In this document: piece after piece, positions 36,345 to 48,500 of the stretch | Numbering within the stretch: the first letter of the stretch is position 1 | How the letters are laid out: every line of letters starts with the position of its first letter | Origin: Laetmonice hystrix | Lineage: Eukaryota | DNA: 64,000 nucleotides | Direction: 5' to 3' | Assembly (NCBI GenBank): GCA_965235115.1 | Contig: OZ249436.1 | Span: 35,342,001 to 35,406,000 of the forward strand | The notes under the pieces: model-generated | The model's database searches: none | Told to the model about the DNA's origin: nothing | The model's input: only the letters and a program-made list of their open reading frames with translations | Made by a program: the position numbers and the translations under genes

Positions 36345-38950
36345 ATGTAGATGGTTTTGGAAAGTTTGACGAGGTTTGTGACAGTGTGGACGTGGAAAGT
36401 GAGTATTGGTTTTTTCCTCATCCCTTCTATCGAGCTAGATGGCTGTACGTGCATCAGGTGATGCTTTCGAGGTTGGTTTCAACCATAACGAGGGAGGATC
36501 TCCCACTGACGGAGCCGGCAGGCTCAGTGCCCTTGGCCATGTTGTCGGCGGTCAGGCCACTCAAGGTGACGTAGAGCGTGACCGTGACAGCAATTCACGG
36601 CTGATAGAGCTGTTGGCCATGGAGGCTAAGAGGAAGGTAGATTTCGATGAGGAGGAGCCGGAGCCTTCTGAGGCCCGGTTCAAGTCAGCCAGCGGGAGGA
36701 GGGCGCTTCGGCGTCGAGTCTGGTCGACAGTGATTATAAAATGTTCGACCCCCTGGTGGAGGACGAAGTTGGGGCTACACTGACGGCTGGTCAGAGTGCT
36801 TTTGTTGAGAAATATTTCTCAACGTATATTGCTAATGACGTTGTCATGGACAAAGTGTTGGCAGATTGCCCCAAGCCGGGTTTGAAGTTACTGGAACCAC
36901 CCAAGTTGGATCCAGCATTGGTTTCGCTGCTGAATGCAGAGTGCGTCAGGCCAATGAAATTTGCTGACAAGGCTTATGCGAGGGTGCAAACCAAGGCTGC
37001 TGATGTGTTGGGGCCGCTTGGGGCACGTGGCGGAGATGCTGAGGCTGGCGGAGAAGTCAGTCATGCTGGTGGGACAGATTTTTGTCTATGCCACACACCA
37101 GCGTAGGCACGGGGTGCTGTCGAGATGGCTCAAGGACCCCGCTTCAGTGTCTGAGACATTGAAGGAAGGTGAAACGGAGCTTCTGGCAGGTCTGCAGAAG
37201 GGTTGGCTTTTTGGAGAGGAGTTCAAGAAGTTGCTGCTCCTAAAAGCTAAAGGCTCTAAAGAGCTGAAAGAGATCAAACAAGAGTTGGGCAGGCCAGAGG
37301 TTAGACCTAGGACCCAGCAGCCCTTTCGGCAAAATGCCCCGAGGGGCGGAAGAGGCATGGCAAGGGGCTTTGTGGCCAGAATACGGGGCAGAGGTGCCGC
37401 AACTAGCGCCAGAGGTGGCAGAGGAGCTGCTTACTCCAGGGGCTACAGCAGACCTGGAGGAGCCAAGACCAGGTGGGTCCGGGCGGTCTTCGCCACTAGA
37501 GCTAAGAACGGGGTTAATTACAGAAAACCCGGGTGTAAAGGTGATACATTGGTTGAAGGAAAAGGAGGGGGGGCGATTGGTTTGGTAAGGTTTCCCCCTT
37601 CGGACCAGGTACACAAGGAGGTGTTGGGTCTGGGGCTCAGGAGGAGCGAAGAAGGAATTGTGAGGGTGGGTCAGAGGGTCGCCCTCTTCCAGGACAACTG
37701 GAGGAAGATCACCTTGGATCGCCAGGTGTTAGCAGTAGTTGCGAGAATGGAAGTGGATTTCTTGGAGGAGCCAGTCCAATGCCAATGGGCAGAGCCGAAT
37801 TGGCCGAGCTTCTCAAGGATGGAACAGGAGACCCTCCAGGGGGAAGGGTGAAAGGGGCTATCAGAAGGGTAGCACCAGTGAGGGGCCAGTTTTTGAGTCA
37901 TGTCTTTCTCAGGCCAAAGAAGGATGGCAGCTTCAGACCAGTGTTCAATTTGAAGAAGCTAAATGCGTTTGTCAGGTACGAACACTTCAAGATGGAAGGC
38001 ATGTCGATGCTGGGGGATTTGCTGTGGAAGAACGATTGGATGATAAAGATAGACCTCAAAGACGCGTACTATTGTGTTCCAATCGCCGAGAGGCACAAAA
38101 AGTTCTTCCGCTTCAAATGGAAAGGGGAGCTGTACGAGTATCAGGTCCTCCCCTTTGGCCTGGCTTCGGCTCCAAGGTCTTCCACGAAACTCCTGAGGCC
38201 AGTTGTAGGCCTACTGAGGCGAATGGGGCTGAGATTGCTAATCTTTCTGGACGACATGTTTGTTTGCAATCAGGAGGAAACAGCACTCAGGCAGGACAGG
38301 ACACAGTAATTTGGGTGCTGCAGTCCTTGGGGTTTGTTCTGAACTGGGAAAAATCCCAGTTGACCCCGACAAAGAATCTGGAGTTCTTGGGTCTGGGAGT
38401 CGACTCAATAAAGATGTGGCTGACGCTTCCAGTAGAGAAATTGGAAGCGATCAAGCAACACTGTGGCCGGTTGTTGAGCGACAAGGCAGCCACAGCAAGA
38501 GAAATTTCTCAGCTAGTTAGGAAAATGACGAGCACGATAAAGGCGATTCTCCCAGCGCTGCTTCACTACCGCCATCTGCAGATGGAGAAAACAAAAGCGC
38601 TCCTGCAGGGAGGCCAGAGCTACGAGACACAGATCTCGCTGTCATAGGAGGCTCTGGAGGAGCTGTCATGGTGGAGAGAGTCACTGGATTCAGTGAACGG
38701 CAGGCGGCTGTTGGTGCTGAGCCCCGACCTGGTAATAACCACGGACGCATCGGGGTTAGGTTGGGGAGCGGTTTGTCAGGGAGTTACAACCCAAGGAGTT
38801 TGGAGCAAAGAGGAGATGACCAAACACATAAACCTGCTCGAATTGAGAGCAGCACGGTTTGCGATCATGGCCTTTGCAAAAAATCGGAAAGATATTCATG
38901 TCCACTTGAGATCCGACAACAGAACAACGGTGGCCTGGTCTCGCGTCACG
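36345..38950 (+). mobile_element. DIRS-type (tyrosine-recombinase) retrotransposon fragment: degenerate gag-like ORF, RT and start of RNase H; no recombinase gene seen
   Basis: FLSHVFLRPKKDGSFRPVFNLKKLN, HFKME, KIDLKDAYY, LPFGLASAP, IFLDD, LGFVLNWEKS, FLG; RNase H ITTDASGLGWG, HINLLEL, SDN. Several frameshifts and stops; GC-richer than the flanks; cut off at the Academ right arm. Confidence 0.9.
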
Positions 38951-41616
38951 ATAATTCAATATCAGTAATGATTCTTCATTCCCTCCAATGTACTGATCAC
39001 TAAATCAGCATAGTCTACATTCACCACTAAATTTAAAAAAATAAGATGTTCAGCAAACAAAATACAGTGCAAAATGACAACAGAACGCTTGCTCGGATGG
39101 CCATCTTTAAAATTCCCGCAATTTTGAATATAGCTCAGGATTATGAATTTATCCTTATTAAGTCACTCCTTAAGGATATATTTAAGAAGCCTGGAACAGG
39201 TTACAACATGTGTTGGTGTTATAGATAACATAGTTTGGAGGGTTATGTGATATTTTTCTTGAATCACGTATCAGTTCACTGATGCTTGCCATGGAAAGAA
39301 TTTGTTTTCAGTCACTAAGCTCCAAGAAACAATCATTTATCAGACATTTTCAGAATCTATAACTATACATCTCTCGCATAAGGTCCAGGGCCCATTAATG
39401 CTACCAATGGCCCATGTTGAAGTTCATGAAGTGCAACACTTGCACCGGAAATCTATATTAAATTATTCATTAATGAGGCAGATAGCACTGGAAACCTTTG
39501 TTTATGAGCTGGTATCCATGGCAGCACATTAAAAAAAAGATTCTAAGTAAGGACTTTCACTAGCTCAGCCATTCACTTAAAAACCTACACTAAATAAAGA
39601 ATTTGGTATTTCAAATCGTATTTCTCATTTTTCTCTGGTTTTTTTTCGATCTAGAGCACAGAAATTATATCACCTTGACGATATGGAGTTGACCTCGGCC
39701 TTTTAAGTTCAGTTATATGGCGATCAGCTTCCAGGTTCAGCCTAATTATGAAAGATTTGTTATATTCCACTTGGTTGCCATAGTAACCAGGACCAGGGAT
39801 ACTAAATATTGAGTAAAAAACTGGATAACTTTCGATAAGGTTACTGTATCGGTTTATATAATCTATTTTTGATTACCTAACAACACCCTTGACCCTCAGG
39901 GACCTTGGCAAATATATGGAAAAATGGGCATTTTTGAAAATGGGACTTCAGAGCTTTTTTGCGCTATTGAATACTTTGGTTGCTAGGGGGATTTTCCATA
40001 GTTACCAGGTACTGATGACCAAACTTGCTGACATGCACCTTAAAGGACCTGTACTCATCTTCACAGTAGAAAAAACTTCCAGATTACGATCTTAATTTTT
40101 TAAATACATGCAATGTTCTCATGCCACGGCCAAATTTTGACCTTTTTTAAAGAAAGTTTTGGTTCAAATGACCTTGACCTTGGGGTCAAAGGTCAACCAA
40201 TTGAAGTTTTTTGAAAGTCCCCCTCTAGCCTCTCTTGATTTACCAAGTTGCAGATCTATATCTTCAATGAGTCCTGAATGACAGGAAAAAAGGTTCATTT
40301 TTTGAGAACCCCTAATTTTTGGTGACCTTTGAACTTTGACCCCTGAGTTCATGGCCGCCATATTGGACTTTTAGGTGGCTAACGCGTTTTTCTTAACAAG
40401 GGACATCAGAATTACCCCTGTGCAAAATCTGTTGCTTGTATCACAAAGTGAACGATTCGGCCCATGTTTTACAGATAGCCGCCCAGCTATGATAGGAGAA
40501 ATGCCATTCTGTGCGAGACGAATAGCACCTTTAAAGGATCAAAAATCAATTTAGGTTGGAAATCTGGACACATCATAGGCCTATAGGCCCTAGGGGGCCT
40601 AAGAATATTGCTAGATGTATGACAATAACACATAATTTAAAATTGTGCCAAAGTAATACTTGATATTAGTTTGCTTAAGTTAGGGACTTGTCTAGGCCTA
40701 TGTTGTGTGTAGTGCACATTGAAACTGATGTATTATAGGAAATTGTGGGATTGGGTCGGGCGGTACCAAAGTCAGTAGAGGCGGGCTTTGGCGGTACCCA
40801 GTTCAGGTCCATGGTTCGGTTGGTAGCCGCTCGGGGGAAACAGTAGCGAAGTCTTTACGCGCCGTCTAGTGTGAAGTAAATGCACTAGATTTTACATTGC
40901 CTCAAAGATGTTTACTCAACTTCGGCGTTTTTACGTGTTGATATTCTACGTATAAAGAAGGTTTATTATGAGTACGGACTCTGGCATTAAATATAAAGAA
41001 AACAATTTTATAGCGGAATGAATTGTGATTTGAAATTAGCCAAATAAGCAAACCAGCTTTTCGGCGGCAAAATCTAGGACATCATCTGTTGAGGAGGTCA
41101 GCAGTGGCAGCTTCCTGCAAGGAATGCTGCACGAGGGGTCCGTGAGGTACGGTAAGGACGATGTTTAATTCTGGATATCATAATGTTTCCCCGAGGAAGT
41201 GCATTCTGTCATCTACCGTATACAATATAACGTACATAAAATAAAGATCGACACTACAGCACAGTTGTTGACAACAGTGATGACCGATGCTAGTTGCAGG
41301 CTCAGGTTGCAAAGCCTACCGTCACCGTGGCGTAGCCTACTCCGTAACGTTAGCGGTTAGGGCCGTGCCCAGGCCAGAGATTGGTCAGATTGGTCATTGG
41401 GGGTGTTATTGGTGCGGGGGTGGGGGGGGGGGGGTGGGTTAAGGTTAAGTGTCAGTGGACTCCAAGTGTTAGTTAGGACCTAACAAACCTATAAAACCGG
41501 GTGGGGGTGGGGGTGGGGGTGGGGGTGGGGGTTACACTTAGACTGTTAGAGACACCCCCCCCCCCCCACCCCACCCCTACTGGGCCCTAGTTGAAGTTCA
41601 GTTTCTAAACCATGTA

Positions 41617-41818
41617 AACGGTGTCTTCCAGGGGTGCGTTTCTGTAAGGAAAGATGTCTTTGCGCAAAGAGTCTTTCAAAAGACCCCTTTTCGGGACCAG
41701 TGTTAAAGAATAGAGTGTTATAGAAACACCACGTCGCCGCAAAGACTCTTTGCGAGGGTCTCAAAGAGTCGTTTGCCAGTTTTGGGCTTTATAGAAACGC
41801 ACCCCTGAAACACCGTTT
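41617..41818. mobile_element. Palindromic MITE-like element
   Basis: taaacggtgt..caggggtgcgtttct ... agaaacgcacccctg..acaccgttta inverted arms. Confidence 0.65.
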
Positions 41819-42514
41819 AGTTGTCGAGTGACGTTTGCCCAGCGATTTTTGCGAAGAGGTCCGTTATCGCAACTTTGCGGCCTTCGTTTTGGTACTAAAC
41901 TTCTTCCAAGAAGCGTGAAATTGATATTTTCCAAGAGCAGAGGTGATAGAATGGCTATTCTGACCTTGATTATAATTATTGGACAAATATAACGTCCACA
42001 CGGTCCAGTTGATTACGAGCAAGTCGGGTCCGTATGTTCCGTAAGCCATCTGCGGTGCACCGAGTGGTCTGGATAGATGGCCGCACTCCCAACTTTGAGG
42101 TGGGACTGAGGAGGTTAAATAATGCGGTGATCTACGTATTGGGTATATGCGGAGAATGTATTGCTGGCAGTGAACCATATACCACCGCAAGCCATGTGGC
42201 CTGCAACATTGTGTCTCAACTCTGCAAACATCAGCAACGTCCATGTGTAAAAAGTGTCAGAGAGTCTAGAATGAGGAGTCAACCTAAACTAATGGCATGA
42301 TGTATTTGTAAATTGTTATGATTAAGTCTTGTCTTTATGGATGGATTACCAAGGAACCAAATGCACATTTACATAAACATATTTAGGAACATATATGTAC
42401 ATGCATGCATATGTTACCTTGTTTGTATTTCAGACTCACTGTGGATTATAAGCACGTCAACTGACTGTGCTGTGGCATATTGCGGTACAACACCTGGACC
42501 ACTGGGTCACCAGA

Positions 42515-45500
42515 ATGTCTGTGCCAGAAGAAATAAAGAAGAAGATTCGCAGTGTATTAATTTCAAATCCCAAAGGAGTGGAAACTTTCAGATTCTTAGG
42601 AGACTTCCGAAATTTGCTAGGAGAGAAATTATACTACAAGAAATATGGATTCAGTTCACTGGGTGACTTTCTGCGGGCAATACCAGATGTAGTCAGGTAG
42701 AGTATTGCCATCAATACCCTCAGACCCTGATATTGTGTATGAATATACAATACATGTACATGGTTCCCACGGGTCCGGGAAACCGGGGAAAATCAGGAAA
42801 TTTTTTAGGAATTTTGTAAATATGTGCTCATGTCCAGAAAAGGTCAGTAATTTGATGAACGTATTCAAATTCTAGGTGTCTGATTCACAGTTGGGGTACC
42901 GCAGTGCAGCAAACAGGTTTCACCAACTTGGTGGTCAGACTGGACCAGTAAGTCCAGATACTTAGTGGTCCACCTCAAATTTTGGTGGTCCAACCTAACA
43001 ACGTAAGAGACCATTTTAAAAAAAATAAATAAATGGCTCTTAAATCCTTGGTACTTTTCAATGTAATTGATCTCTAGCATCCGTAAGACCTCCCTTGCCT
43101 CCCTCTTCTTCTCTCCCTCCTCCAACTGAAACCCATCTTTGAAAGTGGGTCAGCACCACTTGTGCTCCCCCCTCCCAGCTGGGTCCTTGGTCGCCAAAGT
43201 GGGCGAGTGTGACAGACGTTTTTGTCGACCACTCCAAGACTTGGGCGAGTGGGCGACTGTCCGTTTGCAGCACTTGTACCGTACTTTTATCATCGTCAAT
43301 ATCACATGCTAAGATAAAATGAAAGGAGACCCAGACATGGTCCTTGAAAAAAATCTTAAAGGCCTTGGAAAAGTCTGGGAATTTTGAAAAACTGATAGTG
43401 TGGGAACCATGACTATATGTAACCAGGTTTGTTCATGGTAACTAACTTCTAGATGAGTAGTATAACAGTTTTTCAACAAGGTGTTAACAACTTGTAACAA
43501 TCCTCGATTGTTACTCAGCGTTGTATACATAAATGTCATGATAGGATATAACATTGAAATGTAATCTGCACTCTTGGCATCTTTGTACTCATTTACAACT
43601 TCTGGAATCTCCCCAGCAGACCAATCCTGAATACGCCCCTGAATGTTATGTTTGAGGCACATTGTACCAATAGTCCTGTATCATGTAGAGATAGCAAGGA
43701 GGTTGGCTACAAATGTACATGAAACGCTTATTGAATTGTATATTTCCATGTTGTTGTAGGGTGGAGTATGATAACAAGACCAAGACCCATAAATTGTATG
43801 GTGTGACAGACTCGAGTCTTTATTTACCATCTGCTTTGAAAAAAGGGACTAGAAGGCCACAAGGTAAATATATTGCAACCCCATACCTAGCCATAGAGTG
43901 TGAATGTAAAACGTAAATTGCTTGATCAATGCCTTTTGATTTGCCCTGGTTGTGTGTTCCATATAGGCATCTACATGTATTTGAATTTCAAGATTTTTTG
44001 AAGGCAGAACAGGAATCCATTGCTCCGTTATGTCATGTTACGGGAGTAAAACCTTTTAACGAAGTAGAACAACTTAGCCATGTGGCAGATGCCTCTCCAG
44101 GCTCGAAATTGAGGAAGGAAAATCCAGCGTTGGGAGTTAAGTCTCCAGTGTGTGATTATTGATGTACTGTATCATATATGCAACTTTTCCTAGCTCTACC
44201 TTCTTATATATAAGTTTATAAATTCCTTATCTCCTGACCTAGTCAGACAGAGAATGAGGAGTGATTCCTTTTGTTTGATCTGTTGATTATGGGTCCATTA
44301 GCTTGGTCTGCATTCAGCCACTCTAGGACTGCACTTACCTTTACAGAGATTTTCAAATTTCCAGGCCTAATGTGTTTGTCATTGTTACATTAGCTTCCAG
44401 TAACCCTTGTCGAGGCAGAGTCACACCAACTGGTGTAAGTAAAGACATGGAGAAGAGTGACCAGTACAGAGAATGGGAGGAACAGATGAAACCAAACCTT
44501 GCAGGACAGTATGCTCTCTGCTTTCCCAAACAACCTGAGTACACACGAGAGGTAATATCGCAAGTATGAATCTTGATTAAAATCTGTAGTGTAAAAATCG
44601 CATAGAATATTATGGAAACAAAAATCTTGTACATTGTGCTTTTTTTCAGAGTGTTGTAGCTGACTTCTCTCAGATCGGTGAGATTGCAGAAATCAGTTTC
44701 ACGCAAAGGTAAGATTCCCCTCTAAAAGTTTATTTCGCAGTCCTCCAGAGAACGTAGGAAGTAACCCGTACCCTTTTCACACTAAACCCCAGAAAGCAGT
44801 TCAAATTCTAGAATTTGTACCAATCAAACTATAGATCCAATGTGCATTGGAAGTGATTCAGTGCACATTAGGTCCAAATTGTCTGTAGTATAGTGTGAAA
44901 AGATGTGTTTTGATATGCCTATATAACTTAAAGGAAAATATGAGTGTTCAAAGCGCCACCTAGTGAGCCATGTTGGTACCACGGGGGAAATATGAGTATT
45001 CAAAGCGCCGCATAGTGAGCTTTAACAGAAAAATGTTTGGCTTATATGCAGTCAACTAGTTTGATCTGGAAATCAGTAGTATTTTTTAAACGATGAACCA
45101 AACTGTGTGCCAGAACCTGTCTACTCCATTGAATGCTATAGTTAAGACCCGTGTTTTACCAAGGCACTGACTGTTTGGCAGGCTGTAACTTTTTTTTGAT
45201 TCGGTGACCTCCAATTTATTTTGTTTTAAACTATTAGTCCTGATCCACTTTATTTTGTCACCGAGTTTCAGGAGAAAATTGGTGGTCATTTTTAACTATT
45301 AGTCAAAAAATCCTGTTTTTCCCATTGAAACCTATAGTAAAGGCCCATTTTTTACGGAGGCCTGTATAAAAAAATCTAATTCGGTGACATATGATTTTTT
45401 TTGTTTCTTTGTACTCCTGAGGACAAAGGCTATGCCCCATAAAAATATTTTGAAAATTCTAGTGGTGGATTCGAACACTCACATTTCCCTTTAAAGGTAA

Positions 45501-48500
45501 TCGATCACCCTACGGCCGCTGAGTTTTGTCCCCATCTCCTACGAATCCACGTATTTCAAGCTTACCTGATCTTGAATCTATCCCACTGGACTAATAAAAC
45601 ATTCTGTCGTATCCATAACATTGTTGTGCTAGGTCTCTTGTTGATTATGAGCCATAATGAGGCGATACATCCCATGTTTTTTCATCTCAATGGATTGAGA
45701 CTGCGTTAGCATTGTTAGGACGGTTGTTACTAAGCAACGGGATTAGTGTGCAGACTTTATGATAAGGCTCTATGATAATGCATTGAAGACCTTTCAAAAG
45801 CTTTGACTGCTCTGGGCCAAATAATCTAGGAACTTTTTTAAAATTCAAACATGTAGGCCTATGTATTTTAAGATATTGTGATGGGAATTTATTATGTAAT
45901 TTCATAATGAACAATGTATGGGAGGGCTGCTCTAGGCATTTGAGAAAGGGGGGGGGAAAGGCGCATGCCGCAGGAGACATTGAAAGATCGTCGATTAAAT
46001 ATTGTGTCTATTTCATAAGAACCAGAGAGTTTGGGTTACGCAAATTTACAGAGGCCTGGACCAGTCTTTAGACCTATACAACAATTTTCTGGGGTTTCTA
46101 CAGCCCTGTATACGGAGTGAACTGGTATAGTAGCTGTGATTCTGGTTATGGCTTTTTTGTATGAGGATTCCATTTGTCTATGCATGACTTGCATTTGTAG
46201 ATATATCTTTGTAGGTATATATTTGTGCGCTTCAATACCAAGATGGAGGCTTTGAATGCAATGGAGATCTTCCATGATGAGTATGACATCATCATTCCAA
46301 TAGAAAAGAAGAACCCCAAACATGTCCTCAAACAAAAAGATGCATACAGTAACTTACGTCAGCTCCAAAGGCGAAATCCTGATCAAACGGCAGGAGTGCT
46401 GGACGTGCCAGGTAGAAATTTACTCTTGCTTTATACCAACTGAAGATGCACACATACTTCTCAGAGACCTAATGGCTCTGGCGAGTCTAGTTTTTTTCTT
46501 ATATGATTGTCTGAATAACTGTTCTGACTAAAAACGCATCATATAAATGTCACGAAAAGTTTACTTTTCCAGTAAATAATAATAATATAGAGTTTAAAAC
46601 AAGTACATGTAATTGCATTGCTTACCCTAACAAATGATGTTGATGGATGAAGTAAACTTGGTCTGCAGAAATAAAATAGAACATGGTGAAAACAAATCGG
46701 TGATTATCTGTAAAAAAAAATTGCTTTCACTGTTTTACTGTGTTTACATTGACAGATGACCTGGTTCCAATTTATGTTGGTGGTTTACCAGTTGGAGTAA
46801 CTCCAGTAAGTACTGGTATATTAAGTTTATTGTCTCGAACCTATAGTCTATTATGTTTTAATAAATGCCAGTGGTCAAATAAACATCCTGCCCCATGTAT
46901 GACTCTGAAAGATTGAAATACATGTATAATCTACCTGGTAGCTCTATGTAATGCCCCCATATACACACGGAGACAGGTGATAGCTGAAGGGAATGGTCTG
47001 CTGTCGTGATAATCATGCCGAAAGTACCTGGGGTACCGTATATAGATGTGTCTTATCAAGGTGAACACTCCAAGATTACAGGGTTATTTGTTGTTCCCAA
47101 GTGTGTTTCTACCTGCAATATGTTTTTGATCTAAATCATCAAGCTATATTAGTAAATCAATGAAAGAAATAGTGCCTTTCATTGTGTCATTAGTTTCACT
47201 TCTTTCTCCTTTTCAGGGAGAGGTCTTGTCATGCTTACAAGATGTACATATCTATGCAAGTCGGCACCTTGACAAGGATAACAAAAGGTGAGCCAACATA
47301 AACAGGACAGTTGTACCACCACAGTAGTGAATTATGTTAGCAGATGGCAGAGTGAGATAGCTCAATAGGATTTTACTGAATTTAATTGAAGATTGGACAG
47401 CATTGGGTGAACAAAAAGGAGACAGAGTTGGGTATGCAGGTAGTATAAGTGTATTTTTATGTTATAAATCCCTTCAATTTCATAAAGTTTTTTTTACAGG
47501 TCATTATGCAAGCAATTTTTAAAAAGCCCTTGAAAATTCCTGCTAATATAAATAAAGCACTGACAGGGGCGTAGATTGTCTTGTAACCCCTTCCAGGCAG
47601 ATAACATATACGCAGGCATTTAACCTTCCATTCTAGCCAAGGACGTATACGCAAAAATCTGCATGAAAATACATGTATTTACAGAAATAATCCCACCAGG
47701 GGGTCAGAAAAGTAAACATGAATCCCTCTGGCATGTGGTTAATTGTCTGTGGTACCATGAAAGGAATTATAGGTAGTGGTCTGTAGACACACAGGTAAGA
47801 TACCGGTAACCAGTGGATAATCTCTCTCACCTACTCTGAATTTTTTTATGTTTTTTTTTTTTTTGCAGGTTCATGTTTCTTGAAGTTAGAAAAGGGGATG
47901 CTGATGCGGTGATCACAAGTCTTCACCACAAGAGGATACGGGATAAGCAGATCGTGTGCCAACTGGGACATAACTTCCACACCCAGAGCAAACCGTCGGC
48001 TGGAAACATAGCTCTACAGGAGAAACTTTATGCTGGACAACCACGTGCACTTACTGATCTAGGTTATGAGGATAGCAGCAGTTCAACAGACAGTCTCCAA
48101 GGGGAGAGCTCAAATGAATGTACTGAGTACGAGACAGGACAAAAACTTGAGGCTTCAGGGGGACATGAGGCAAAGGTCTTTGATACCCCGATGGACGGTG
48201 TGATAAGTTCAATAGATATCGAGGGCATGCCAGATCTTGAGCCGATTGACATGAGTGACTATAGCCCGCCACCCATAGAACCACGGCTGAACATTAGGCA
48301 ACAAACTGCAGCGAAAAAGACACGAAATGGGAATGTCAGATTGAAACAAAATGGCTGTCCAAACATGTATGAAAGGACAGAAGAAATGGAATGCCAAACA
48401 CCTTCTGAACATCATCTGACAGATTATACAGATGAGATGAGCAGTCTGGAATCATCGGTCTCGCAACGTTGGTCATCAATGAAGTCTCTCTCCTCACAGG

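Larger units (their letters stand above)
32658..40489 (-). mobile_element. Academ (AcademX-like) DNA transposon, internally deleted, with very long inverted arms
   Basis: Termini TAGCTGGGCGGCTATCTG / CAGATAGCCGCCCAGCTA, flanked by TGA on both sides (3-bp TSD reading; the overlap with the TIR also permits longer TSD readings). ~33490-34882 is the near-identical reverse complement of 38951-~40390. Contains an XPG-like + Cys-rich ORF remnant. Confidence 0.82.
32356..40530. mobile_element. Kolobok-like non-autonomous element (outer shell) split by the Academ insertion
   Basis: TTAA (32352-32355) + AGGTGCTATTCGT ... ACGAATAGCACCT + TTAA (40531-40534). A TTAA TSD with RR..YY ends is Kolobok-like. 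Confidence 0.75.

Noticed and set aside
36345..38950. Bacterial-type RT system (retron/DGR) or an intact DIRS element
   Set aside because: The motifs are DIRS-like RT/RNase H with multiple frameshifts; no recombinase or terminal repeats are seen.
33790..40095. Duplicated small ORFs (MTLRDLGK..., MFSVTKLQ...) on opposite strands
   Set aside because: By-products of the Academ inverted arms; no evidence that they are coding.
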